Of a stretch of 64,000 nt of DNA, positions 13,965 through 26,242 are shown in pieces. Source of the DNA: Mustelus asterias (taxonomy: Eukaryota); assembly GCF_964213995.1 (NCBI RefSeq), contig NW_027590192.1, positions 558,001 through 622,000 on the forward strand, in the 5' to 3' direction. Each line of letters starts with the position of its first letter. Within the stretch, counting starts at the first letter, position 1. The notes below the pieces were generated by a model. That model was not told where the DNA came from. It saw only the letters and a program-made list of their open reading frames with translations, and did no database searches. Both the position numbers and the translations under genes were made by a program.

Positions 13965-14240
13965 AGGGGTAGCACAGTGGTCCGCACTGCTGCCTCACAG
14001 CTCCAAGGACCCAGGTTCAATCCAGCCTCGGGTGACTCTGCCTCCTCTTGTCTGTGTGGGGTTTCATCCGGGTGCTCCGGTTTCCTCTCACAGTCCAATG
14101 ATGTGCAGGTTAGCTGGATTGGCTATGCTAAATTGCCCCTTAGTGCCCCAAAATGTGTAGGTTGGGGAGGTAATGGTATAAATATGTGGGGTACAGGGAT
14201 AGGACCTGGGTGGGATTCTGGGTCAGAGATTCGGTGCAGA
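13965..14240 (+). mobile_element. HE1-type SINE
   Basis: tRNA-like head (gcacagtgg..gcactgctgcctcacagc) plus the conserved core. Confidence 0.75.
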
Positions 14241-14545
14241 GTCCAGATCAGTTGACAAATTTCCTTCCCTGAAGGACATGAGTGAATCAATTGAATCCAG
14301 CAGCTCTCATAGTCACTTTTTCCAAGTGCAGGCCCCACATATTACCAGATTCATTCAGCTCAATTTCACAACCTGCCTTTGTGTTTTTGTGGGTTCTCTC
14401 TCACTCCCTTTTTTCTGTTCTCAATTAATTTCACAGGGTTTTAGAAGGGGACGATTTGCAATTGGGAAACTGAAACCAAACATCACATCAGGGACTGATA
14501 CAGTCGACCAATTTATCGTAACCTGAATATTGTCATATTTTGAAC

Positions 14546-15583
14546 ATGGAAGGAAGAAGCTCCATTCATAGCGGAGGGAAACCATACTCGTGTTCTGTGT
14601 GTGGACAAGGATTCAACCAGTCATCTGACCTGTCAAAACATAAATGCAGTCATGATGGGGAGAAGCCGTGGAAATGTGGGGTCTGTGGGAAGGGATTTAA
14701 TTACCCATCCCAGCTGGAAACTCATCAGCGTGGTCACACCGGGGAGAGGCCGTTCACCTGCTCGGACTGCGGGAAAGGATTCACTAAGTCATCCACCCTG
14801 CTGACACACCAGCGCACACACACTGGGCAGAGGCCATTCACCTGCTCTGTGTGTGGGATCGGATTCACTCAATCATCGACACTGCTGACACACCAGCGAA
14901 TTCACACTGGGGAGAGACCTTTCACCTGCACTGACTGTGGACAGGGATTCACTCACCAATCCACCCTGCTGACACACCAGCGAGTTCACACTAGGCAGAG
15001 ACCGTTCACCTGCTCTGAGTGTGGGAAAGGATTTATTAATTTATCCAACCTGACGACACACCAAAGAAATCACACTGACGAGAGACCGTTTAAATGTCTG
15101 GACTGTGGGAAGTGTTATAAAACCTCTCAGGAACTGATGTACCATCAACAAGTTCACACTGACGAGAGACCGTTCAGGTGCTCTCACTGCGGAACTGGGT
15201 TCAAGCGATCATCTCATCTCACCGTTCACCAGCGCACTCACACGGGAGATAGACCGTTCACATGCTCTGAGTGTGGGGAAGGATTCACTCAGTCATACAT
15301 TCTGCTGAGACACCAGCGAGTTCACACTGGAGAGAGACCATTCACCTGCTCCAGGTGTGGGAAGAGATTCACTCAATCATCAGCACTGCTAAGACACCAG
15401 CGAGTTCACACTGGGGAGAGGCTGTTCATCTGCAATGATTGTGGGAAGAGATTCACTCAGTCATCCAACCTGCTGACACACCAGCGAGTTCACACCGGGG
15501 AGAGACCATTCACGTGTTCTGTGTGTGGGATGGGATTTACTCAGACATCCAACCTGCTGAGACACCAGCGAATTCACAATTAA
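14546..15583 (+). CDS. C2H2 zinc-finger protein C, 12 fingers
   Basis: Open ORF from ATG 14546; acceptor tcacag|G at 14436/14437. Confidence 0.9.
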   Translation: MEGRSSIHSGGKPYSCSVCGQGFNQSSDLSKHKCSHDGEKPWKCGVCGKGFNYPSQLETHQRGHTGERPFTCSDCGKGFTKSSTLLTHQRTHTGQRPFTCSVCGIGFTQSSTLLTHQRIHTGERPFTCTDCGQGFTHQSTLLTHQRVHTRQRPFTCSECGKGFINLSNLTTHQRNHTDERPFKCLDCGKCYKTSQELMYHQQVHTDERPFRCSHCGTGFKRSSHLTVHQRTHTGDRPFTCSECGEGFTQSYILLRHQRVHTGERPFTCSRCGKRFTQSSALLRHQRVHTGERLFICNDCGKRFTQSSNLLTHQRVHTGERPFTCSVCGMGFTQTSNLLRHQRIHN

Positions 15584-15809
15584 CTCCAGAGATTGGACTG
15601 TGTTGTCAATCAGATTGAAAACTGAGCTATGTTCATTAGGGTCTGTTTCTGCTGATGTTAATAAACTTCAGGTCAGTTATAGAGGCTAATATTCTGGACA
15701 AAAATCAAATATGTTGTCTTTGATTTAAACATGCTGTGTCAAAACCTTTTAATATCTCTAACACAAGTTAGTTCCTTTTGAAGGACTTTCTCTTGTCTCC
15801 TCCATCTTC

Positions 15810-16320
15810 ACCTCCAACAATAAAGTGTGAGGAGCTCATGGAGTTTTTTTGTCACTAAGATTGAGACAATCTGATCAGCTGCCTCTGCTGCTTCCCTTCC
15901 TTCCACTAGCCTCTGGGCCAGACTTTCTGTAAAGCTCCTCTGTATCCAAGCTCTGAACTCACATCTTTTTCCAGTTTCTCTCCTATTTCCTGTCAGTCCC
16001 TATCATTGCCCATCTTGTCCATGAGACCCGCTTTCAACTCCCTTTACCCTTTTCCCACTAAACCACTGATAACCCAACTTCCCCGCATTACCTGATATTG
16101 TTAATGGACCTGTCTTTTCTGATACTCTCCATCTCACCTGTAATTCACCCTCAGCATCCATCCTAAGGAAAAAACCCTTAACCGCACTGTCGTTACAAAC
16201 TACTGTCCCAACTCCAACCTCCCTTTCCTCTCCAAAGTCCTTGAACTTTGTGTCCCCCAAGGATCTTTCCTTGGCCCCTCCCATTTCCCATGCTGCCACT
16301 GGGTGACATCATCCATTGTT
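15810..16320 (+). mobile_element. L2-type LINE RT relic
   Basis: Degenerate NY.P.SNLPFLSKVLE motif near 16195-16245. Confidence 0.6.
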
Positions 16321-17469
16321 TTGGAAGAAGATTGTAAAGTACCTTTTTGAGAGCAGAGTTTGGAAACACTCGTGTGACAATCATTTCAGGGGAAATTTGA
16401 GGTGAAATCCACAGAGGATCGATTGAGTTGCATCTGCCACTTAACTTCAGAGTGGGGGTTATCTGATTACAGTCAACCTGTGGGTTTAAAGGGATTGTGT
16501 GTTTACTGAGAACATTATAGCATAAGAAATTTTCTACCTGTGTTATCCTTGAAATCTGTGTACATTTGTGAAGGTAAGTGGGAGTGAAGAAGTCTTGTCT
16601 TATGATCAAACTCTTCGTATTTAATAAATATTTTATTGTTAAAATCTAATTGGCAGTCCTGTGACTCTGTTCCTCTATGTTTTCAAAGAAAATAAAAGTT
16701 ATGGTCTTTTGAGCCAGGGTTCCATTCTGGGATCTTCCTGTCCAGCTATAACATCAACTGGGATTGTAACACTCACCATCTTGACTTTGAAATATATCGC
16801 TGTTCCTTCGCTGTCACTGGGTCAGAATCCTGGAACTCCCTCCCTGACAGCACTATGGGGTACCTACACCACAGGGATTGCAGCAGTTCTAGAAGGCAGC
16901 TCACCAACAGCTTCCCTAGGCCAATTAGAGATGGGCAATAAATGCTGGCCTAGCCTTCAGGAAAGGCTGTGGGCTTTGGCCTCTGTAAATGAATAAAAAA
17001 TAAGGTAATATCTGTTTTAGCCAATTGAATTTCAATGACAGCATTGCCTTCTCCTTTGTTCTTACGTCCTGGGCCTATTACACGGTTATACTTGAAGGAA
17101 TAGAGCCAGCCTGACTCCACTGTGTTACCTCTGACACTGTTTCAATCCCCAAGCTGCTACAGACATCTTTATTAGCTCAAACAAACACATTCTCACAGTT
17201 TGAGGCCAGTTCTCCTGCACAATTTAACTCATTTTGCAGACATTGCTAATTCCGGCAAGGCTGCGACTTGACTACATTGACCAGCATGCACTCCATTTTG
17301 AACCCACAATGCAGTTCAGTGCAGTTCTTCAGATATCCTCGGTCTGGGTTCTTCTATCACCCTCGATGTTCCATGTTACCGCCATGAGACAGTCTCCACA
17401 CACAGGGTCCCACCGCAACCCATCTACACTTAATATAAAAGAAATAAGCAAGTTACAACTGATTGGGCC

Positions 17470-17785
17470 AGCATGGTGGCACAGTTGTTACCACTGCTGC
17501 CTCACAGCACCAGGGACCCGGGTTCAATTCCCGGCTTGGGTTACTGTCTGTGTGGAGTTTGCACATCTCCCCGTGTCTGCGTGCATTTCCTCCGGGTGCT
17601 CCGGTTTCCTCCCACAGTCCAAAGGTGTGCGGATTACATGGATTGGCCATGCTAAATTACCCCTTAGTGTCAGGGGGACTAACTATTGTAAATGCATGGG
17701 GTTATGGGGAGAGGGCCTGAGTGGGATTGTGGTCAGATTGTGGGAAACTTGATGGCCTCCTTCTGCACTGTAGGATTCTATGATT
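17470..17785 (+). mobile_element. HE1-type SINE, full length
   Basis: A-box/B-box head, core and ttctatga tail. Confidence 0.85.
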
Positions 17786-18084
17786 GCACATTGAGATAAT
17801 ACATTGGTTTTCAATAGGGCCATTCTGTTAAAAGCAGGTTGTTACGCTGAAGCTTCATAAAGCACTGTTTAAACCACAATGTGAGTATTGTGTTCATATC
17901 CAGTCAGCACACTTCAGGAAGGATGGGATGGTCCTTGAGAAGGTGCGGAGGAGACTTATCAGAATGGTTCCAGCAATGAGGAATTTTAACTCCAAGCTCA
18001 GGTTCGAGAAGCTGAATTTGTTCTACTTGGAATGAAGGAGGTGGAGGGGAGATCTGATAGAGGTGAAAACCATTATGGCAGGTT

Positions 18085-19305
18085 TGATTTGATTTGATTT
18101 ATTATCATCCCATGTATTAACATAGTGAAAAGTATTGTTTCTTGCGCGCTATACAGACAAAGCATACTGTTCATAGGGAAGGAAACGAGAGAGTGCAGAA
18201 TGTAGTGTTACAGTCATAGCTAAGGTGTGGAGAAAGATCAACTTAATGCAAGGGAAGTCCATTCAAAAGTCTGACAGCAGCAGGAAAGAAGTTGTTCTCG
18301 AATCGGTTGGTATGTGATCTCAAACTTTTGTATCTCTTTCCCGACGTAAGAAGGTGAAAGAGAGAATGTCCGGGGTGCGGGGGGTCCTTAATTATGCTGG
18401 CTGCTTTGCCGAGACAGCGGGAAGTGTAGTCAGAGTCAATGGATGGGAGACTGGTTTGCGTGATGGATTTCATGACCTTTTGCAGTTCCTTGCGGTCTTG
18501 GTTAGAGCAGGAGCCATACCAAGCTGTGATACAACCAGAAAGAATGCTTTCTGTGGTGCATCTGTAAAAGGTGGTGAGAGTCGTAGCTGACATCCCAAAT
18601 TTCCTTAGTCTTCTAAGAAAGTAGAGGAATTGGTGGGCTTCCTTAACTAAGTCAATTACTTGGGGCCATAGGTTTAAGGTGTGAGGGGCAAGGCTTAAAG
18701 GAGATGTACAAGACAGATTTTTTTACACAGAGTAGTGGGTGCCTGGAACACGTTGCCTGGGGAGGTAGTGGAAGCGGATACGGTAGTGACTTCTAAGGGG
18801 CATCTTGGCAAGTACATGAATAGGATGGGAATAGAGGGATATGGTCCCCGGAAGGGTAGAGGGTTTTAGTTAAGTCAGGCAGAATGGTCGGTGCAGGCTT
18901 GAAGGGCCAAAGGGCCTGTTCGTGCGCTATAATTTTCTTTGTTCTTTGTTCTATAGTGTCAGCATGGGGGTACCAGGCCAGGTTGTTGGTGATCTGGACA
19001 CTTGAAGCTCTCGACCCTTTCTACTTCATCTCCATTGATGTAGACAGGGGCATGTTCTCCTCTATGCTTCCTGAAATTGATGACAATCTCCTTCATTTTG
19101 TTGACATTGAGGGAGAGATTATTGTTGCCGCACCAGTTCACCAGATTCTCTATCTCATTCCTGTACTCTGTCTCGTCATTGTTTGAGACTCGACCCACTA
19201 TGGTGTCATCAGCAAACTTGAAAATCAAGTTGGAGGGGAATTTGGCCACACAGTCATAGGTGTATAAGGAGTATAGAAGGGGGCTGAGAACACAGCCTTC
19301 TGGGT
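18085..19305 (-). mobile_element. Rex1/Babar LINE interrupted by a plus-strand CR1 3' end (~18651-18952)
   Basis: ORFs 18243..18593 and 18959..19249 are Rex1 RT; the CR1 tail lies between them. Confidence 0.85.
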
Positions 19306-20084
19306 TTAGATCAAGTGAAGAAGGAAATTGGTCAGAATCTAGAGACTGTTGGAGGCAAGGCTGCTGATAAACGTAACCTTTAATTGCACATTCTTCGAAC
19401 TATGTACAATACAAGATCAGCATGAGGCTTCACAGAGAACCAACTCTCAGCATGCTCTTGTTATCTGATCATACATCACTGTGTAGAATATTTACAAATT
19501 TAACATGAACCCTTTACACTGCACCAAGTCTTTAGTCAGCCCTCCTAACATCCCCTTCTTTGACTCAGTGTCAGTTAATGTTTCTGAGATTCACTTTGGG
19601 ACACTCTCCTACATTAACGGTCTGATGGAAATGAAAGTTATTTTTAAATCACATTGTAACAGACCGGGGAAGTCAAGATTAAAACAATATCTGGGTAAAT
19701 GGAGTTAGGTCTCAGATCAGTCCTGACCTCAGTGAATGACAGAACAGGCTCGAGGGGGATAAATGACCTCCTCCTGTTCCTGGTAAACTTGGACTCAGAC
19801 ACCAACTGATGAATGGAAAGTGATGGGAGACCTGGGGAGAAGAGACTTCATCAGAAACCAGCACTGGAGCAGAGTTAGAGAGTGGGAGAATCATGGGGAG
19901 AAACTACACAGGAACTGGAGTAGGTTGTTCAGCTCTTCCAGTCTGCTCTGTCATTCAGTTAGACTCTGGCTGATCAATTAGTTTATCATCAAGATTTATT
20001 TGATTCTATTCTGTAGATTAAGCTGCAGCTCAGATTTATGGGAAATGAAAGTCAGTAGAAACAAACTCCAACTCTCATAATGTG

Positions 20085-21390
20085 AACATGTGAATTAGGA
20101 GCAGGAGAAGGCCATTCGGCCCCTCGATCCTGCACCACTATTCAATAGTGTTCAATCATGTTCAATAGGATCCTGGCTGATCTGATTGTGGTCTGAACTC
20201 CACTTTCCTTCTTACCCCTCATACCCTTTGACTCTCTTGTCAATCAAGAATCTATTAAATTCAGACTTCAGAATATTCAGTGAGCCAGCCTCCACCACTC
20301 TCTGTGGAAGAGAATTCCACACTGTAACAACCCTCTGAGAGAAAAAGTTTCTTCTCCTCATTAAATGGGAGACCCCTTATTTTTAAACTGTGCCTCTAGT
20401 TCTCCTCTCTCTACAATCAACATCTGTCAAGTCCCCTCTGAATTTTATATGTTACAATCAGATCCTCTCTCATTCTTCTAAACACCAATAGATACAGGCC
20501 GAACATGTCCAACTTTTCCTTGTATGATAACTCCCTCATCCCACGAATCAGTCAAGTAAACCTTCTCTGAACTACTTCTCACACAAGTCCTCTCTTACGT
20601 AAGGAGACCAAAACTGTACACCGTACTCTAGATGTGGTCTCACCAATACCCTGAACAAATATAGCAAAACATCCCTGCAATAAACAACAATTCATTTACC
20701 TTTCTAATCATTTGCTGTGTCCACACACTAATGTTTCCTGATTACAGTACCAGGACACCCAGATCCCTCTGTACCTGCAATCGCTCTCTTTAAATAATCA
20801 ACTGCTTTTCCATCCTTCCTGTCCAAATGGACAAGTTCACATTATCCAAAAATCTTGTTCCAGCTGCCAACCTTTTACCCACTCACTCACTATGTCGCTT
20901 TGCAGGCTTGTTATGGTCATTCACATCTCATTTTTCTACCTACCTTTGCGTCAGCAAATTTTGATCCTGTCATCCACATCATGAAAATAGTTTGTAAATA
21001 GTTGAGGCCCCAGCACTGATCCCTGTGGCACTCCACAAGCGACATCTTGCCATCCCAAAAAATACTCCTTTCTCCCTCCTCTCTGTTTCCCATTAGCTAA
21101 TCAATCCTCTATCCATGCTAATATAAAGAAGCGATGTGGATGGGATGCTAATATGCCTTATGCTATGAATTCTTATTTAGTGTGGTAAACTTTGATGTGT
21201 CAAATGCCTGCTGGAAATCTAAATACACCACATCCACAGGTTCCACTTTATCCACATTGCTTGTAACTTCCTCAAAGAAATCCAATAAATCAATTAAAGG
21301 TGATTTCCCTTGCACAAAACCATGTTGACTCTGCCTGATTGTACAGAGATTATCCATGTGTGCCACCCTCCCAGCCTCCTTAATAACAGA
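20085..21390 (-). mobile_element. CR1 LINE, degraded
   Basis: QHGFVQGKS...VDVVYLDFQQAFD motifs plus the 3' tail. Confidence 0.85.
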
Positions 21391-21401
21391 ATGAACATGA
21401 T

Positions 21402-22682
21402 TCAGTCCTGCATGGGGTTAGCAGCAACAGCAGAATCCAACCCCTGCAGTGACTTGTGAACTTGCTGGTGTCTCAGCAGGTGGGATGCCTGAGTGAACCT
21501 TTTCCCACACATGGAGCAGGTGAATGATCTCTCCCCAGTGTGAATTTGCTGGTGTCTCAGCAGGTCCTTACTGCTTTTAAAACTTTTCTCACACTCAGAA
21601 CATTTAAAAGGTCTCTGATCAGTGTGGACCAGTTGATGTGCAATGAGCTGGGGTGGCTGAGTGAATCGTTTCCCACATGTGGAGCAAGCGAAGGGTTTCT
21701 CCCCAGTGTGAATTCGCTCGTGTATCAGGAGGTGGGGTGAATCAGTGAATCCCTTCCCACACACACAGCAAATGAATGGTTTCTCCCCGGTGTGAACTCG
21801 CTGGTGTCTCAGACAGTGGGATGAATGGGTGAATCCCATCCCACACACCGAGCAGGCGAACGGTTTCTCCCCGGTGTGAACTCGCTGGTGTGTCACCAAA
21901 TCCTGTTTACTTTTAAAGCTCTTCTCACAGTCAGAACACTGAAACGGTCTCTTATCAGAGTGAACTCGCTGGTGTGTTTGCAGCTGGGATAAACGTCCGA
22001 ATCTCCTCTCACACACGGAGCAGGTGAATGGCTTCTCCCCAGTGTGAGTGCGCTGATGGACTTGTAAATCATTTTTACTTTTAAATCTCTTCTCACAGTC
22101 AGAACATTGAAATGGTCTCCGATCAGTGTGAACAAGTTGGTGTGTCAGAAGGTGGGATGACTGAGTGAATCCCTTCCCACACACTGAGCAGGTGAACGGT
22201 CTCACCGCCATGTGAGTGCGCTGGTGTCTCAGGAGGTCCTTTGTGCTTTTAAAGCTTTTCTCACAATCAGAACACTGAAACAGTCTCTGGTCGGAGTGAA
22301 CCTGCCGGTGAATCAGGAGGCTTGATAAAGCATGACATCCCTTCCCACATTCGAGGCAGGTGAACGGCCTCTCACCAGTGTGAACACGCCGGTGTGTATA
22401 GAGGCTGGATGAGTAAGCAAATCCTTTCCCACACTCAGAGCAGGTGAACGGCCTCTCTCCAGTGTGAATGCGATGATGAATATCCAATTCGGACGGGTAA
22501 TTGAATCCCCTCCCACAGTCCACACATTTCAATGGTTTCTCTGTGGAGCGGGTGTCCTCGTGTGACTCCAGATTGGATGATGAGTTGATGCCTTGTTTAC
22601 ACAGAATGTGTGTCGGGTCACTAATCACTGAGAATGATGTGGGTTTTTCCAGCCTGTTTAAAGCTCTTTCCACATTCAGCAC
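21402..22682 (-). CDS. C2H2 zinc-finger protein D, 13 fingers; canonical start Met lost
   Basis: Open frame; STEKP replaces TMEKP; first in-frame ATG is at 22211; acceptor at 22886-22887. Confidence 0.8.
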   Translation of the reverse strand: MLNVERALNRLEKPTSFSVISDPTHILCKQGINSSSNLESHEDTRSTEKPLKCVDCGRGFNYPSELDIHHRIHTGERPFTCSECGKGFAYSSSLYTHRRVHTGERPFTCLECGKGCHALSSLLIHRQVHSDQRLFQCSDCEKSFKSTKDLLRHQRTHMAVRPFTCSVCGKGFTQSSHLLTHQLVHTDRRPFQCSDCEKRFKSKNDLQVHQRTHTGEKPFTCSVCERRFGRLSQLQTHQRVHSDKRPFQCSDCEKSFKSKQDLVTHQRVHTGEKPFACSVCGMGFTHSSHCLRHQRVHTGEKPFICCVCGKGFTDSPHLLIHERIHTGEKPFACSTCGKRFTQPPQLIAHQLVHTDQRPFKCSECEKSFKSSKDLLRHQQIHTGERSFTCSMCGKRFTQASHLLRHQQVHKSLQGLDSAVAANPMQD

Positions 22683-23124
22683 AACAGAAACTCTCAGGTG
22701 TGTGTCTTGGCGCTTTTTCAGTCACACTGATGTTTGGAATCTTCACCCACAAACAGAACAAACTTTTCTTCTTCTGTAGACAAAGTCTGACGATATTCAG
22801 TTTCCAATTAATTAAATCACTGAAACAGAGCTTGATTTGAAGTTTGTTTTGAGTTTCACATCTGTAAATCCTGCTTCATAATACCCTGCAAAAACAGTTT
22901 ACAAATACCATCACTGTCAGTGCAGGATAGAAATTCTGAACAGACAATTCATAGTTTCTCTGGAACATATTTTCCTCTCTTGTTCCCCCAAATCTATAAA
23001 TCCCCGTCCCACACACTCTCCCTCCTCCCCTGGGCTGAAATCCAAACCCATCTCACCATCTCCACCATTTCTTCCCTCCACTCCCAGTTTTCTCCCTCCC
23101 TCTCCTCTGTCTGGGTTCAGTTCT

Positions 23125-23409
23125 TGATGTGGAAATCTCACTAACTGTCCTGGCTGGAGACAGTACACATCTCTTTAACCTGTGCTTAACCCTCTCTCCA
23201 CTCACATTGTCTGTACCTTTAAGACTTGATTACCTGTAAAGACTCGCATTCCAACCATTATCTTGTAAATTGAGTTTGTGTCAATATATATGCCCCGTTT
23301 ATGAACACAAGTCCTACTCACCTGATGAAGGAGCAGTGATCCGAAAGCGAGTGGCTTTTGCTACCAAATAAACCTGTTGGACTTTAACCTGGTGTTGTGA
23401 GACTTCTTA
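23125..23409 (+). mobile_element. Penelope-like pLTR insertion with 14-bp TSD and hammerhead motif
   Basis: CTGGGTTCAGTTCT at 23111-23124 and 23410-23423; CTGATGA..GAAA core at 23322-23346. Confidence 0.7.
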
Positions 23410-23829
23410 CTGGGTTCAGTTCTCCAGCTCCTGTCTGCAGACTGACAATAAAACCAATGGGTCTTATTGGGGGTGTTGGGGCCTCCAGCGGGTGTTTGTG
23501 AATCCTCCCCGCCCACCTCCCAGGGTTTCCTTCCTTCCCAGAGATCAGAGTCCTCATTGATTTGAGGCCAAAGTGTAACCTCTTATTTATTGTCCCCCTC
23601 CCCCATCCTCTGATGTGAACCATCCTCCAGTGGCTGAGCCAGGATGGGGCCGTTAACCTGGGTCTGTTCCCGGGAGGGAGGGAGGGAGAAGCCCCGCAGC
23701 TGCAAACCAGGGAGCTGACAATGATTCTGAAGGGTTTGCGGATCCACAAAGTGTTTCCAAATCCTCCCAGCCACCGCCTAACGCTGACTCCGCTTCTCCG
23801 GGACAAACAAGCGCCAAGGACAGCAATGA

Positions 23830-24060
23830 CACTGCGCATGCTCCACATCACAATGCCCGGGGACTGATTGACGGCAGCTCCGGACCAATAGGAAGAGGGG
23901 GCGGGACAGGCCGACCGAGCGGGAGCGGCTGGTCCTCCAACCAATCGGAGTGATTGAGGGGCGGGACTGGAGGACCGAGCGGGAGTGGCTGGTCCTCCAA
24001 CCAATCGGAGTGAATGAAGGCGGGACCTGAAGCATGCGCAGTCCGAGTAATGGCGTCGGA
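23830..24060. promoter_or_regulatory. Bidirectional promoter cassette between ZNF-D and ZNF-E
   Basis: NRF1-like sites at 23833 and 24031, CCAAT at 23885/23941/24001, GC boxes, aATGGCG; paralogous to 12809-12960. Confidence 0.75.
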
Positions 24061-24311
24061 AGGACGGTTTTGACTCGGAAGCGAGATCAATACGAGGTAG
24101 AGGGGGCGTGCGGGGAATGATAAATGTGGCGGGTGGGTGGAGAGGCTTTGTAAACATGTTGTTCAAACCCAGACCCCGGAAATGAACTTCCCGGTCCCCC
24201 CCCCTTTGTACCAAATGGAGCGGCAGCTTGTAGTGTTAGACCCGGGCTGACTGCCGCCATTGAGGCTGCATGTGGGAGGCCGGCAGGGATTGTGATCGGA
24301 GAGTGAAGCCC

Positions 24312-24440
24312 TGACGTCACAATCGAATGGGTGAGGGTGTGACATCACAATGGAATGGGTGAGGGTGTGACGTCACAATGGAATGGGTGAGGGTGTGACG
24401 TCACAATGGAATGGGTGAGGGTGTGACGTCACAATGGAAT
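24312..24440 (+). repeat. 28-bp tandem repeat (~4.6 copies), each starting with a CRE palindrome
   Basis: TGACGTCA at 24312, 24368, 24396 and 24424; TGACATCA at 24340. Confidence 0.9.
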
Positions 24441-25228
24441 GTGATCGGAGAGCGAAGTTTCACTCTGAAGCTCATTGGACAACTTCCGCATTGTGATGCC
24501 ACGATAGAGCCCTGCCTGAATCAGCCAATAGAAATCACTCTGCTCCGCGGTGACGTCTCCGGGTTCCAGTGTGCAGGCCCGGGCGTGCGGACCCGGGAGC
24601 CCCGCCCCCACCCATTGTTCCCCTCCCGCTGCACCACATCGAGCCAAGGTTTCCAGGCAAGCGGCTGACGGCTCCGGCCAGAGCGAGAAGCCGCTCGGTG
24701 ATCTCCCCCTCCCCCCGGCCCGGGACTGCAAAATGTGCGAGGGAGAGGGGAAGCTGTGCATATGCGGGGGAGAACCCACCCTCTGAATGAGAGAGGAAAG
24801 AATGTTCCATAGAAATTGTCTGTTCTGAATTTCTATCCTGTACTGACACTGATGACTTTTGGAAACTCATTTTCCAGGATATTGAAAGAGGAATCACAGG
24901 CCGAAATCTCAAACGTCACGTCTCGATCTGACAGAGTCATATTCCTTGGGACCTCAATATCATCGGACTTTGAATCCAGAAGGAGAAATGATTGTCCAGT
25001 TTGTCGATTTGAAAAGATTTGAAATGTCAGTGTGAGTGAAAAAGCATCAACACTCTGTCACACTTGAGTGAGAGTGTTCCAATGCACTGACTAAAGAGCT
25101 TTAACCAGTTACACAGTCTGAATAAATATCACACCATTCACAGCGGGTGGAGACTGTAATCTTGTTCTGTGTGTGGACGAAGTTTCAACTAATTGTCCAC
25201 TCAAGAGTGAGGTAAGGACACCTGCACC

Positions 25229-26242
25229 ATGGCGAAACCATGGAAATGTGCGGACTGCGGGAAGGGATACGGAACCCCATCAGAGCTGGAAGCTCATCGG
25301 CGCAGCCACACTGGGGAGAGGCCGTTCATCTGCTCTCAGTGTGGGAAGGGATTCAGTCAGTTATCCAACCTGCAGAGACACCAGCGAGTTCACACTGGAG
25401 AGAGGCCATTTACCTGCTCTCAGTGTGGTAAGAGGTTCACTCAGTTATCCAGCCTGCAGAGACACCAGCGAGCTCACACTGGGGAGAGGCCCTTCACCTG
25501 CTCTCAGTGTGGGAAGGGATTCACTCGCATATCCAGCCTGCAGAGACACCAGCGAGTTCACACTGGGGAGAGGCCATTCACCTGCTCTCAGTGTGGGAAG
25601 GGATTCATTCAGTTATCCGAGCTGCGGACACACCTGCGAGTTCATACAGGGGAGAGGCCATTCACTTGCTCTCAGTGTGGGGAGGGATTCACTCGGTCAT
25701 CCAGCCTGCTGACACACCAGCGAATTCACACTGGGGAGAGGCCGTTCACCTGCTCTCAGTGTGGGAAGGGATTCAATCAGTTATCCAACCTGCAGGCACA
25801 CCAGCGAGTTCACACTGGGGAGAGGCCGTTCACCTGCTCTCAGTGTGGGAAGGGATTCACTCGGTCATCCGACCTGCGGGCACACCAGCGAGTTCACACT
25901 GGGGAGAAGCCCCCATTCACCTGCTCTCAGTGTGGGAAGGGATTCACTCGGTCATCCCACCTGCAGAGACATCAGCGAGTTCACACTGGGGAGAGACCGT
26001 TCACCTGCTCTCAATGCGAGAAGGGATTCACTCTGTCATCCCACTTGCAGACACATCAGCGAGTTCACACTGGAGAGAGACCACTCACCTGCTCTCAATG
26101 TGCGAAGGGATTCATTCAGTTATCCAGCCTGCAGAGACACCAGCGAGTTCACACTGGAGAGAGGCCATTCACCTGCTCTCAGTGTGGGAAGGGTTTCAGC
26201 GTTTCATCCCGGCTGCTGAGGCACCAGCAAGTTCACGAGTGA
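25229..26242 (+). CDS. C2H2 zinc-finger protein E, 12 highly homogenised fingers
   Basis: Open ORF MAKPWKC...HQQVHE built from near-identical 84-bp units; acceptor ttttccag|G at 24877/24878. Confidence 0.9.
   Translation: MAKPWKCADCGKGYGTPSELEAHRRSHTGERPFICSQCGKGFSQLSNLQRHQRVHTGERPFTCSQCGKRFTQLSSLQRHQRAHTGERPFTCSQCGKGFTRISSLQRHQRVHTGERPFTCSQCGKGFIQLSELRTHLRVHTGERPFTCSQCGEGFTRSSSLLTHQRIHTGERPFTCSQCGKGFNQLSNLQAHQRVHTGERPFTCSQCGKGFTRSSDLRAHQRVHTGEKPPFTCSQCGKGFTRSSHLQRHQRVHTGERPFTCSQCEKGFTLSSHLQTHQRVHTGERPLTCSQCAKGFIQLSSLQRHQRVHTGERPFTCSQCGKGFSVSSRLLRHQQVHE

Noticed and set aside
23384-24214. 276-aa minus-strand ORF
   Set aside because: It runs through a GC-rich promoter and into a repeat, with no domain features.
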